Assembly: GCA_964632315.1 (NCBI GenBank)
Contig: CAZWEM010000056.1
Location: forward strand, 1-25,403
Source: an uncultured archaeon
Lineage (GTDB): Archaea > Asgardarchaeota > Lokiarchaeia > Sigyniarchaeales > SOKP01
Direction: 5' to 3'
DNA: 25,403 bases
In this document: positions 1 through 9,314 of the stretch, in pieces
Numbering within the stretch: position 1 is the stretch's first letter
Layout of the letters: each line of letters opens with the position of its first letter
Made by a program: the position numbers and the translations under genes
Notes under the pieces: model-generated
What the model saw: the letters and a program-made list of their open reading frames with translations, nothing else
What the model was told of the DNA's origin: nothing
Databases searched by the model: none

Positions 1-191
1 TAACCGCTAAAGGTGGAAGTGTACCTTTAATCAGTGAAAAAGTTAAGAAGGGGGAACTTGGTACAAAAACTGGTAAGGGACATTATGATTATGGTGGAAG
101 AAGTGAGATTGAGATATTAAGACAAAGAGATGTTCTGTATTTAAAACAATTAGAGTTCTTAGAAAAGGAAACCCAATTCAAAACAGTTTGA
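1..191 (+). CDS. 3' end of a 3-hydroxyacyl-CoA dehydrogenase family protein (partial, begins upstream of the window)
   Basis: Not in the ORF track. Frame 3 reads TAKGGSVPLISEKVKKGELGTKTGKGHYDYGGRSEIEILRQRD...TV, ending at TGA 189-191. GxLGxKTGKG(F/H)YDY is the typical C-terminal motif of 3-hydroxyacyl-CoA dehydrogenases. Confidence 0.8.
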   Translation, partial: TAKGGSVPLISEKVKKGELGTKTGKGHYDYGGRSEIEILRQRDVLYLKQLEFLEKETQFKTV

Positions 192-258
192 TTAGGTAAA
201 ATTTTTCACTAAATTTTCATTGGAATCGGACTCTGAATTGACCTTTTTGATAATCTTC

Positions 259-765
259 TTACTTTAATGAATTTTTACAAAGATAATTATAGACAAATTT
301 TAATAACTTTTTTTCCACTGCCCATCTTATTATTCTATAGGCTGTTTCGAAACTACACCACTTCCAATCTGTATGTTCAGTAGGATTTAGTACTGGATCC
401 TGTGGTTGACTTATAAGAGCTATGAAATTATAAAATTTAATCTCCCTTAATTTCTCCTGAAGATGAGGAGGAGATATATCACCTTCATCTTCTTCATCTT
501 CTGTGTATAAATCTCGTGGAATTTTTAATGGGAATATTTTAGATGGAATGTATCCTGTTTCTTCAAAGAGCTCTCTTGTTGCACAGTCAAGAGGCTTTTC
601 TATTTCTGGGTGATCTAATGCTCCCATACTTCGTCCTACTGAGCCAGATACACATTGCCAATTATAACTCGGAGTAGCCCTTTTTATCATTAGGAACTCT
701 AAATTATTGCGTATATATCTTATAGGATAAACATTGACCATAGCTTTCTGAACCATATTAGTCAC
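259..765 (-). CDS. Nudix hydrolase (NudB-like), with an insertion in the Nudix box
   Basis: Motifs FLMIKR, WQCVSGSV, E-x7-RELFEETGY and C-terminal LNPTEHTDWKW. The true start may be one of the downstream ATGs rather than GTG 765. Confidence 0.85.
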   Translation of the reverse strand: MTNMVQKAMVNVYPIRYIRNNLEFLMIKRATPSYNWQCVSGSVGRSMGALDHPEIEKPLDCATRELFEETGYIPSKIFPLKIPRDLYTEDEEDEGDISPPHLQEKLREIKFYNFIALISQPQDPVLNPTEHTDWKWCSFETAYRIIRWAVEKKLLKFVYNYLCKNSLK

Positions 766-939
766 TTTAAATCATATATACATAAAGAGTGCAAAACCAC
801 ATTAATCACAAAATCCTTAGAATTCGATCTCTTGAAATTAAGAAAGGTTTCGTTTTAAAGTATTCTAGATTTAATGAGTAAGTTTGAAATTTGACTTCAA
901 ATGAATTTTCATTGAACTCAGGCTCTAAAATTACATTTC

Positions 940-965
940 CATTCAAAAAGAAAAAATGAAAAAAA
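940..965 (-). terminator. Oligo-T tract terminator candidate after the glycyl radical enzyme gene
   Basis: Minus strand immediately after the TAA reads TTTTTTTCATTTTTTCTTTTTG, typical of archaeal intrinsic termination signals. Confidence 0.45.
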
Positions 966-3452
966 TTACATTTTATGAGATTCTCTGGCAATGATCTCAT
1001 CTTGGAGTTCCTTACCAATTGCATTGAAATACGCGTTATATCCCGTCACTCGCACGAGCAGATTTTTATAATTTTCAGGATGTTTTTGGGCATCTTTCAG
1101 CATCTCTGAGTCGAGCATATTTACTTGTAGACACGTACCTCCATTTTCAACATATCCTTTAAGATACGACTTGAATTTCTCTCGGTGTTCGGGGCTCTTA
1201 AGAATAGAGGGATTAAAAGTGATTGTATGACTAGCCCCATTCGGTAAGTAGTTTATATATTCTCCTTCTCCGTTTTTACCACCTAAAGCAATGCCCACTG
1301 AGTTTGTTACAGCGGTAGGTCCCTTTTCATCGGCACCATTGGTCGGACAAATCGCATTAGAGAGGAAGGTACCTTTGTTTCTTCCGTTTGGTGTGGCTAC
1401 TGTAAATTGGGCATCTGCTCCAGCCCAGTAATTCCATGAGAGCATACCTGGTCTATATTGAAAATTGGTTGGTGTTTTATATTTCCACGTTTCATCAGCC
1501 CATATTTCCATCACTTTACGAGCCATTTCATCAGCTTCATCATCATCATTACCATACTTCTTAGCTTTATTTTTCAAAACACTTTGCATTACAGAATATT
1601 CCTTTCCTTTGAAATCATTAATCAAAGCATCCTTTATTTGTGAAATTGTATACTTTTTCTCATCAAAAACAAATTGTTTTATTGCTAAAAGCGAGTCTAC
1701 TGTTGTTGCAAATCCCACTCCTTCGATTGTAATGAATCTTAACTCAGGACCACCACGTCTAACATCAAGCCCCTTATCAATACATCCATTTACAAATGTA
1801 GAAAGATATGGTGTTGGCATGAATTCACCACGCAATTCTTCAGTCATGTTATAAACTTCTACAGTTTTATGGATTATAAATTCTATTTGTTTCTTCCAAG
1901 CATTCCAAAATTCTTCCCATGAAGAAAATGTTTCTGGATCGCCCGATTTAGGTCCAATTTGTTCACCCTTTTTGGTTACTACTTCATTTCCAGGCATATT
2001 CTTTCCGTTCCATAGAGTTAATTCAATGCTCTTTGTTAAATTGGGATTACAATTTACAGTCCCTGAACGATCATTCCCTTGCATCGTGTTTTCAAGACAA
2101 CCAACGCAAGCATAATTCCATGCATCTTCTTTAGGGATTCCTTCTTTTATCATTCCAGCTATACTTCTCTCATCAAAATTAATCAAGAATGGAGCGCCTT
2201 GAGAACGTGATACTATATCAATAATAATATCAAGCAATTTCTCGGGGGAATTACGATGCAATCTAATATTAGGTTTTGGTTCAAGAATTGGACTCCATTC
2301 GTCTATAACTTCCAAGATTGTATAGGTTAATTCATTAGTGAGATCTTCACCATTAGCACCACAACCACTAAGTGTCATTAGCTGGCCAAATGCAGATGTA
2401 ATACCCTGCTTACCAACCATAATTTGAGCATCATATGCAGTATTACAATGAAACCAAAAACTACCTAAAATATCTTTGGCAAAATCTTTAGAAATTCTTT
2501 TTTTCTGTATAACATCCTTTTTGTATAATTCCCAAAGATGTTGATCCGTTCTTCCGAAAGAAATTCCGGGACCGGGGTAAGACTCTTCTGCCATAATGAG
2601 CATATGTGCTATCCAAATAGCTTGCAATCCTTGCCAGAATGTCTCGGCAGGCTCCCATGGTACTTTTTCAAGATTTAATGCCATTTGTTCGAGTTCGTCT
2701 TTTCTAATGGGATCAGAAGTTGACTCCTTTAGTCTTCTGCATTCTTCAGCATATTTTAGCGCTAATTTTCGGGGGATCTCGGTAGCACGTATCATGGCTC
2801 TCATTTCTGCTCCTTTATCGCTGTTCTTTTCCTTTTTAGATAAGGACTCATATCTTCGCTTTGCTTTTTCATTGAAGAATTTAAATCCTTTTTTCACGAT
2901 GTCCTCGTAATCAGGAATGATATGACCTGCTGTTGCTCCAGCATTACCAAAACCAGTTTTATGATATTGAAAGAATGATTTTCGAGATTGAATGTTTTTT
3001 TTCCAATATAAATTCGCTTCTTTTTTTGTAAAACATTTGCTTAATTGAGTATTGAATCTTCCTCCTGCGATTAAATCATTTTCGGAAATAATCTCCTGTG
3101 GGACATAATTAAGAATTACTTCTTCAAAGAAAGTAATTCTTCTTTCTGGTAAGGATAATTTCCAGAAATCTACCGGAAGATTTATAGGTACTGCCATGGA
3201 TCTCAATGAACTTTCAAAAACCCCCTTGCCTTTATTTCCTATATAAAAATGAACTTCGGGAGCTACATAGTAATCAGTTTCATTCCAAATGATATCCCAG
3301 TCAGTGCCGGTTGTAAAAGGCATGTATTGGTTGTTCCATTCCCTCTTTGCACCCTTGAAATAATAATCTCGCATCCATTTTGATCGGGGAGATAAATCAT
3401 GAGGTTCAGCAATCTTATATTTTTTACTTTCAGAATCACTCATTATTAACAA
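966..3452 (-). CDS. Glycyl radical enzyme (PFL-like superfamily, GCxE eliminase-type Cys loop; substrate unknown)
   Basis: 828 aa. C-terminal Gly loop LLVRVTGYNAYF, Cys loop YACVGCLE, plus SFGRTDQ and ATPNGR motifs. Likely start is the ATG of MSDSESKK at about 3443. Confidence 0.92.
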   Translation of the reverse strand: MLIMSDSESKKYKIAEPHDLSPRSKWMRDYYFKGAKREWNNQYMPFTTGTDWDIIWNETDYYVAPEVHFYIGNKGKGVFESSLRSMAVPINLPVDFWKLSLPERRITFFEEVILNYVPQEIISENDLIAGGRFNTQLSKCFTKKEANLYWKKNIQSRKSFFQYHKTGFGNAGATAGHIIPDYEDIVKKGFKFFNEKAKRRYESLSKKEKNSDKGAEMRAMIRATEIPRKLALKYAEECRRLKESTSDPIRKDELEQMALNLEKVPWEPAETFWQGLQAIWIAHMLIMAEESYPGPGISFGRTDQHLWELYKKDVIQKKRISKDFAKDILGSFWFHCNTAYDAQIMVGKQGITSAFGQLMTLSGCGANGEDLTNELTYTILEVIDEWSPILEPKPNIRLHRNSPEKLLDIIIDIVSRSQGAPFLINFDERSIAGMIKEGIPKEDAWNYACVGCLENTMQGNDRSGTVNCNPNLTKSIELTLWNGKNMPGNEVVTKKGEQIGPKSGDPETFSSWEEFWNAWKKQIEFIIHKTVEVYNMTEELRGEFMPTPYLSTFVNGCIDKGLDVRRGGPELRFITIEGVGFATTVDSLLAIKQFVFDEKKYTISQIKDALINDFKGKEYSVMQSVLKNKAKKYGNDDDEADEMARKVMEIWADETWKYKTPTNFQYRPGMLSWNYWAGADAQFTVATPNGRNKGTFLSNAICPTNGADEKGPTAVTNSVGIALGGKNGEGEYINYLPNGASHTITFNPSILKSPEHREKFKSYLKGYVENGGTCLQVNMLDSEMLKDAQKHPENYKNLLVRVTGYNAYFNAIGKELQDEIIARESHKM

Positions 3453-3688
3453 GTCTGTTTATTATATTATTATTTAATCTATAGGAATATCAGATTTTAA
3501 AATTTCAACTTATCTAAAATAAAAGTTTATTTAATAATACTTTAAATTACCTCGTGTAAATAAAATAAAACACCCAAATTAAGTTGTTGATTTAAAAAAA
3601 AATGAATTAGTGGAATATCTATGAAAATTCTTGAAACTTATGTTTTACAAAAATAAAACGAAATAAAAAAAAAGAAATTAGATATTTA

Positions 3689-4162
3689 TTATGAAACCGA
3701 TACGTATACAGACGAGAAGAATGTAGTAAACATCATCAAGAATAATACTAATCCTGCTATTATGAGCGAAATTTTCCTTGTATGTTCATCAATTTTTTCA
3801 TTGACTGCAAAGGAAAGGAACCCGATTAATACAAAGATGAGTCCAATGTTAATTCCAACTCTTGCTATATTCATAAAAATTACGTCTTGGAAAGCCATCC
3901 AATATCTAATTCTATAAATTTCAGCTTGATTATGAACGTAATCGTTATATCCATACGCACCATTCCAGTAAGCAATGTTATTTTCTTGGTTTGCTAAGTC
4001 GTACCATGCTGAAGCGTTTGACGCTATAGATCTACTGACCATCATCATTATTCCAAATATAACAGCTATCAATAAACCGTAAATTATGAATTTTGTAGCT
4101 CTGTTCTTATCAATCAATGGTAGCTTATCAAATAAAGATGCTTTAACTTGTTGCTTTTCCAT
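3689..4162 (-). CDS. Hypothetical membrane protein (about 3 TM helices)
   Basis: 157 aa with three hydrophobic segments and a Tyr/Asn-rich loop. Its ATG overlaps the upstream gene's stop (TAATG at 4162), consistent with translational coupling. Confidence 0.75.
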   Translation of the reverse strand: MEKQQVKASLFDKLPLIDKNRATKFIIYGLLIAVIFGIMMMVSRSIASNASAWYDLANQENNIAYWNGAYGYNDYVHNQAEIYRIRYWMAFQDVIFMNIARVGINIGLIFVLIGFLSFAVNEKIDEHTRKISLIIAGLVLFLMMFTTFFSSVYVSVS

Positions 4163-4806
4163 TATAACAGTCCCCTCCTTGTCTTTTTTAAATAGCTAAG
4201 AGTTAATAAGAACATAATTGCTAATAAAGCAACTATTCCTATCAATATTAATATTAATTCTAATATGGGTCCAGGTCCGTTGGTTTTAATCGTAATATCG
4301 AACTTAACATCAGTCCAGGTACCTCCACCATTATTTAATCCATACACAATTAGCACATAATCTCCCGGAATTGATATCAATGAAATTCCTGAAGTGTCTC
4401 CTGCAAATTCAATATACCAGTATCCATCATATTGGATACTCCTTACATTTGTTGAACTGACCAAATTATTCCCAAAAGCAAATCGCGTATAGACGAAATC
4501 TTCTCCAGTGATTCCACTGGAGGCTGATTCTGCTAAATATGCAGAATCATAAGCTCCCTTTCCTAATATCTTTAGATACGCTGTCACATTCAAATAATTC
4601 AAAGAGAATTCAACTATCAATTTTTGATCTTTTTCAAGGTGAAAAGGGACGCTATACGCTTGTGTTATGTTTGAGTAGCTTTCCTCAGGTATTGTAACAC
4701 CTGTTCGATCGACTAAAGTTATCTTATCAAAAGTAAGACCTAATATGGGGCCTGCTACGATTAAAACGATACTTATTATTAAAAACGCCTTATATTTATT
4801 TTCCAT
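4162..4806 (-). CDS. Hypothetical protein: N-terminal TM/signal, extracytoplasmic beta-rich domain, C-terminal TM; paralog of 5051..5746
   Basis: Hydrophobic N- and C-terminal helices, a basic tail, and motifs shared with the neighbouring ORF (EFS, LKIL, GEDFxY, PGxYVxxVYG, GPG). Confidence 0.78.
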   Translation of the reverse strand: MENKYKAFLIISIVLIVAGPILGLTFDKITLVDRTGVTIPEESYSNITQAYSVPFHLEKDQKLIVEFSLNYLNVTAYLKILGKGAYDSAYLAESASSGITGEDFVYTRFAFGNNLVSSTNVRSIQYDGYWYIEFAGDTSGISLISIPGDYVLIVYGLNNGGGTWTDVKFDITIKTNGPGPILELILILIGIVALLAIMFLLTLSYLKKTRRGLL

Positions 4807-5050
4807 ATAATCACGTCTAAATTGTTTTTAAAAGTTTTTTGATAGATTTCTTATACCTCAAATCGTGCAATAGTATAAAAAATTGTGTACTAACGACAAA
4901 AATCATAATCTTAGAAAATGATGAATAGAATCATTTTATGTGAAGAAATTTATATTGGGCAATTAATATGTCTATACTTCTGTAATTAATCTAATGGAGA
5001 AGTTATATGGATAAATGTATGTTTAAACTAAATTATCAATTAAATCTAAT

Positions 5051-5746
5051 TTATTTTTGAATGATCAGTATTTTTTTCTTTTTAACCCTTCTTTTATAAG
5101 GAAGTTCTATTTTTCGAATATAATTAATTGTTATGAATAAACCATAACATATAAGAACTATAAGACCTGATGTTATTAATAAAATTTGAATGAAATTCCC
5201 CGGACCATCTAAGGTAACTAATAAGTTAAAAAATAATAAAGAATCTTCGGATTGCTCTTCTTGAGAACCATAAACCAAGATCACATAATTACCCGGACGA
5301 TACACTAATTCAGAGCCATAAATTCCTCCACTAAACCTTATATGTCTTGATCCTTCTTCATGAATTGTTGTATAATTTGAGGGAGAATACCCAGCGTGAC
5401 GATATCCCTCTTGTACATAAAGAAAGTCTTCTCCGTTAATATCTATTGGGGAACTGTTTAGTAAATAATTAGATTCATAGGTTTCTTTTTCAAGGATCTT
5501 CAAGGTAGCGGATGAGTTTGGTAATGACATTGAAAATTCAATATCTGCTTTTTGGTAATCCTTAAGAGTAAGTGGATAGGCAAAAGCTTCTTGTATCGCA
5601 TTATCGTTAGAATCAGGGATAATAATCGGATCTTGTGATCTATCCAATATGATGATGCGATTTGTATAAAATCCTATTAGGGGGGCTAGTGCAATCATTA
5701 AAAATACGCTACAAAAGATTAGTAGCACGTTTCTAACTTTTCTCAT
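5051..5746 (-). CDS. Hypothetical two-TM protein with extracytoplasmic domain; paralog of 4162..4806
   Basis: Same architecture and collinear motifs as 4162..4806, with a Lys/Arg-rich C-terminal tail. Confidence 0.78.
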   Translation of the reverse strand: MRKVRNVLLIFCSVFLMIALAPLIGFYTNRIIILDRSQDPIIIPDSNDNAIQEAFAYPLTLKDYQKADIEFSMSLPNSSATLKILEKETYESNYLLNSSPIDINGEDFLYVQEGYRHAGYSPSNYTTIHEEGSRHIRFSGGIYGSELVYRPGNYVILVYGSQEEQSEDSLLFFNLLVTLDGPGNFIQILLITSGLIVLICYGLFITINYIRKIELPYKRRVKKKKILIIQK

Positions 5747-5946
5747 CCAAGGTCATTTTAATAAATCATTTAGCAAAAATGTCTATTATGATCTTTTTTT
5801 CACAAGCTTATAAACTTTATATTTATTTTTGTACTGTTTTTTTCATATCATAAACTATGAGATTATGAGTCAAAGCTTAAAAAAGATAAAATTTAAACCA
5901 GAATTTAATTTATTAAATAGTATAGTAAAGCATATGGGTTTATTTA

Positions 5947-6888
5947 ATGGAAGAATATAAATGTGAAGTGCTAATAATTGGATCTGGTCCCGCTGGATTG
6001 GCTGCTGGAGTACACTGTGGTAGATCTAATCGAAATACGATTATATTGAGCGGAAAAGAACCTTCTTCACTTGCAAAAGCAAAAGAAATAAGTAATTGGC
6101 CAGGTGAGAAGGAAATTACGGGTGAACATCTACTAGAAAAATTTAGAAGTCATGCAGCTAATCATGAGACCGTAAGAATTCTGGAGGGTGATGTTATCTC
6201 ACTCATGATTGGAATGGGAATGAACATGATCTCAACAAGAACAGCGAATATTTCATCCGACGTGGTGATTATTGCTACAGGTACTGGTAAAAGAAAAGAA
6301 ATAATAAAAAATGAAAGTAATCTGATTGGTTATGGTGTATCATATTGTGCTCTATGCGATGGTCCTCTTTACAAAGACAGAGATGTTTACTTATATGGAA
6401 ATGATGAGGAATTACTTGAAGATGCGCTTGCGTTGGATCAAATGGGATGCATTGTCCATGTTATTACTCCTGAAAGTAAAGAAAATCTTCCAGATAAAGT
6501 AAATGAATTAATTGAAAGAAAAATTGATGTAATTGACAAGATGGAAATAATTGAAGCTATTTCTGACTCAGATGGTATAATCCAAAAAATATTATGTAAA
6601 CCTATTGATAAGGAAATAACAGAAGAAGAACCCGCAAAAGAATTTGAGTTAAGTTGTTTATTTATTTTTACTCATGTTCCATCTAACTCGATCTTTAAGA
6701 AAGCTGGAATAGAACTGGATGATTATGGAAATGTAAAAGTGGACGAAAATCAAAAGACGAATATTGAAGGCGTTTATGCTGCGGGAGATGTAACAGGAGG
6801 CTTATTTCAGGTTGTTTTCGCCACTGCTGAGGGATCACGAGCAGGAATAAATGCTTGTAAGTATCTTCGCCATCTTAAAAAAGAATAA
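5947..6888 (+). CDS. trxB: Thioredoxin reductase family flavoprotein (low-Mr TrxR), NADPH site degenerate
   Basis: FAD motif IIGSGPAG, IATG, redox motif GVSYCALCDG and TNIEGVYAAGDV. Confidence 0.88.
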   Translation: MEEYKCEVLIIGSGPAGLAAGVHCGRSNRNTIILSGKEPSSLAKAKEISNWPGEKEITGEHLLEKFRSHAANHETVRILEGDVISLMIGMGMNMISTRTANISSDVVIIATGTGKRKEIIKNESNLIGYGVSYCALCDGPLYKDRDVYLYGNDEELLEDALALDQMGCIVHVITPESKENLPDKVNELIERKIDVIDKMEIIEAISDSDGIIQKILCKPIDKEITEEEPAKEFELSCLFIFTHVPSNSIFKKAGIELDDYGNVKVDENQKTNIEGVYAAGDVTGGLFQVVFATAEGSRAGINACKYLRHLKKE

Positions 6889-6952
6889 AATTAATCTTTT
6901 AAGTAGCTTATTTTGACGTTTTGAGGATGATACATGGATATTACATTCTATT

Positions 6953-7909
6953 ATGTATTATCACGATGACATTTGTGATATCATGGTTGATGGGTACAAG
7001 TTTTCTGATTTTTTAGATGATTTCTTAATTGCAAAAGAAGTAGAAGAAGGAGCAGCCAATTCCACTGTGAAAGCATACCGATACGATCTAAGAAAATTCA
7101 TAAAAATGGTCGGAGATATTGAATTAGAATCTCCAGTTATTCGACAAAGAATTAGATTGTTTCTCAAAAAGTTAAAGGATAAAGGATATTCAAAAAAAGG
7201 TATTAGTCGTAAAATCGCTTCTCTCCGTTCTTATTTTAAATTCCTAAGTCTCAATGAATTTATTACAAAAAACCCGATGTCAACAATTAAAAGTCCAAAA
7301 ATCAAATTAGAAGAAAATCTTCCGAAATTTCTAGATATCAAGGATGTTGAGTTAATTTTCAATAAACTAAAAGATAAGAGATTATTTCACTCTCGCAAGA
7401 GCGAAAGATATTATTTAATGATTAGACTACTCTATTCAACAATGGCGCGAGTCAGTGAAATATGTAACATACAAGTAAAAGACGTGGATTTTAATAGAGG
7501 CTATGTAAGGTTGCGTGGAAAAGGAAATAAGGAGAGAATTGTCCCGGTGGACCATAAAACAATTGAATTTTTTGAAGAAAACTTACGAGATAGAATTGAA
7601 TATACTCCCGAGGATTATTTATTAGTAAATACTAGAAACGAAAAATTGACACCTCGAGTGGTTCAACAAGACATAAAGACAATCAAAGAAAAATGTGGAT
7701 TCAGGGATTCTAAAGTTATAACGCCTCATGTCTTCAGACACACCGGAGCCACTCATCTTAGACGTTCGGGGATGGATATTAGTGAATTGCAAGACATTTT
7801 AGGACACAGTTCTCCAAATACTACAAGGATTTATGCAAAAAATGATATCGGTAAATTAAAAGAAGCATATTCAATGATGCATCCGCTTAATAAATCCGAA
7901 AACTTTTGA
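6953..7909 (+). CDS. xerA: XerA/XerC-type tyrosine recombinase
   Basis: N-terminal core-binding domain (NSTVKAYRYDL; SRKIASLRSYFKFL; NP) and complete catalytic residues: ARVSE, GKGNKER, HVFRH, LGH and TTRIY. The start may be the ATG at about 6983 (MVDGY). Confidence 0.9.
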   Translation: MYYHDDICDIMVDGYKFSDFLDDFLIAKEVEEGAANSTVKAYRYDLRKFIKMVGDIELESPVIRQRIRLFLKKLKDKGYSKKGISRKIASLRSYFKFLSLNEFITKNPMSTIKSPKIKLEENLPKFLDIKDVELIFNKLKDKRLFHSRKSERYYLMIRLLYSTMARVSEICNIQVKDVDFNRGYVRLRGKGNKERIVPVDHKTIEFFEENLRDRIEYTPEDYLLVNTRNEKLTPRVVQQDIKTIKEKCGFRDSKVITPHVFRHTGATHLRRSGMDISELQDILGHSSPNTTRIYAKNDIGKLKEAYSMMHPLNKSENF

Positions 7910-8027
7910 TCAACTAAATAAAATTATTCCTCCACTTTTTTTTAGTATTTAAAAGTTGATAAGAAAATTTATACTTAAAATATCCTATATTTAATTATTA
8001 AAAAAAAAAGCATGATAGCGGTTATTT

Positions 8028-9218
8028 ATGGACGAGGATGAATTTAGGAAACAATTCATGAAAAAGTCAGTGTTCAAGCAAGCAAGTTCTCTTGATTTTA
8101 GTTATGTTCCAGAGAAATTATACTGCCGCGACGAGACGATTAAAAGTTTAATATTTAACTATCGACACATTTTAGAGGAAGTAGAACAACCTTCAATTAA
8201 TTGTGTTTTATTAGGAAGGGGCGGAATAGGAAAAACGGTCACGGCAAGATATTTCGGAAAGATGTTTAAAAACGTGGCTTTAGAAAAGGATGTGAATTTA
8301 TTTGTCGAGTATTATAATTGTATTAATTTCCGTTCAAAAAGCAAGATAATTCGAGAACTTTTAGCTAAATATACTCATGGATCGGGTCGCGGATTTTCGG
8401 ATGATGAGGCATTAAAATTGATTTTAACGAAGCTAATCAATGATAAAGCTTACATGTTACTTATTGTTGATGAAGTACACTTGTTAAAACCAGATGAAAT
8501 ATTGGCACTTTTAGATATCGCGGAGACTTTTGGACATCAAAACGCTAAACTCTCTATTTTACTAATTTGCAGAAACCGGGATTGGATGAGAATTGAAAGT
8601 GAAAGAATTTTAAGCAGATTGAATCAAAAAATTAAGTTAAAACCATATAATTATGAAGAGGCATTTAAAATCCTGCAATACAGAGCAGAAATTGCTTTTA
8701 AAGAGAATGTTTTCAATGAATCTTTGCTTGAAATGGTTAGTCAAATTGTTACCGAACATAAGAATCTCCGTCATGGGATCGAAATATTTAGAAAAAGTGG
8801 ATTAATGGCAGATAAAAAAGGGATCGAAAGAGTGTTGGCAGATATGATTCGAGATGCGTCTAATGAAGTATATCCCACATTTAGAGCAGATATCATCGAT
8901 CGGGTCAATGATCAAGAATTATTAGCATTATATGGAATCACGGCATCCTTATTGCATAATGATGAGGCATTCACGGTAGTAGATGAGGCTTATGATGAAT
9001 ATGAAACCATCTGTGAAACATATGGGATAGAACCACATGTAAAGATGTCTTTCAGGAAGTACGTGAGGACATTAAACCAACTGAAGATAATTGCGTCAAA
9101 AACCGTAAGAATTGAAGATGCAGAAAGAGGGAGACATTTAGAAATCACTTTATTAGATATTTCTGCTGAGAAATTAGAAGAAGTATTGATTGATATTTTC
9201 GATAAAAAATTTGGATAA
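8028..9218 (+). CDS. cdc6: Orc1/Cdc6 family replication initiator (AAA+ plus winged helix)
   Basis: N-terminal LDFSYVPEKLYCR, Walker A GRGGIGKT, YYNC, Walker B LIVDEVH, RILSRL arginine finger and PYNYEE. The C-terminal wHTH has FRKYVRTLNQLKII and a GR wing. Confidence 0.93.
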   Translation: MDEDEFRKQFMKKSVFKQASSLDFSYVPEKLYCRDETIKSLIFNYRHILEEVEQPSINCVLLGRGGIGKTVTARYFGKMFKNVALEKDVNLFVEYYNCINFRSKSKIIRELLAKYTHGSGRGFSDDEALKLILTKLINDKAYMLLIVDEVHLLKPDEILALLDIAETFGHQNAKLSILLICRNRDWMRIESERILSRLNQKIKLKPYNYEEAFKILQYRAEIAFKENVFNESLLEMVSQIVTEHKNLRHGIEIFRKSGLMADKKGIERVLADMIRDASNEVYPTFRADIIDRVNDQELLALYGITASLLHNDEAFTVVDEAYDEYETICETYGIEPHVKMSFRKYVRTLNQLKIIASKTVRIEDAERGRHLEITLLDISAEKLEEVLIDIFDKKFG

Positions 9219-9314
9219 AATAACACTTATTTGAAGTTAATTTCCCATTTTTAACGGGACAAAAGTTTTAACTCTTTGTATATTTCTAATTTTAGGGGAT
9301 AATTACATTTTCTA

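Noticed and set aside
966-3452. Calling the GRE pyruvate formate-lyase (pflB)
   Set aside because: It lacks the adjacent Cys-Cys active-site pair and has GCLE instead.
6953-7909. Provirus or integrative element anchored on the tyrosine recombinase
   Set aside because: No tRNA target, att direct repeats, viral or conjugation genes, or obvious compositional shift.
7910-8027. Replication origin (ORB repeats) upstream of cdc6
   Set aside because: Only a lone CTCCAC is present; no repeated TCCA..GAAA..GGGG boxes were seen.
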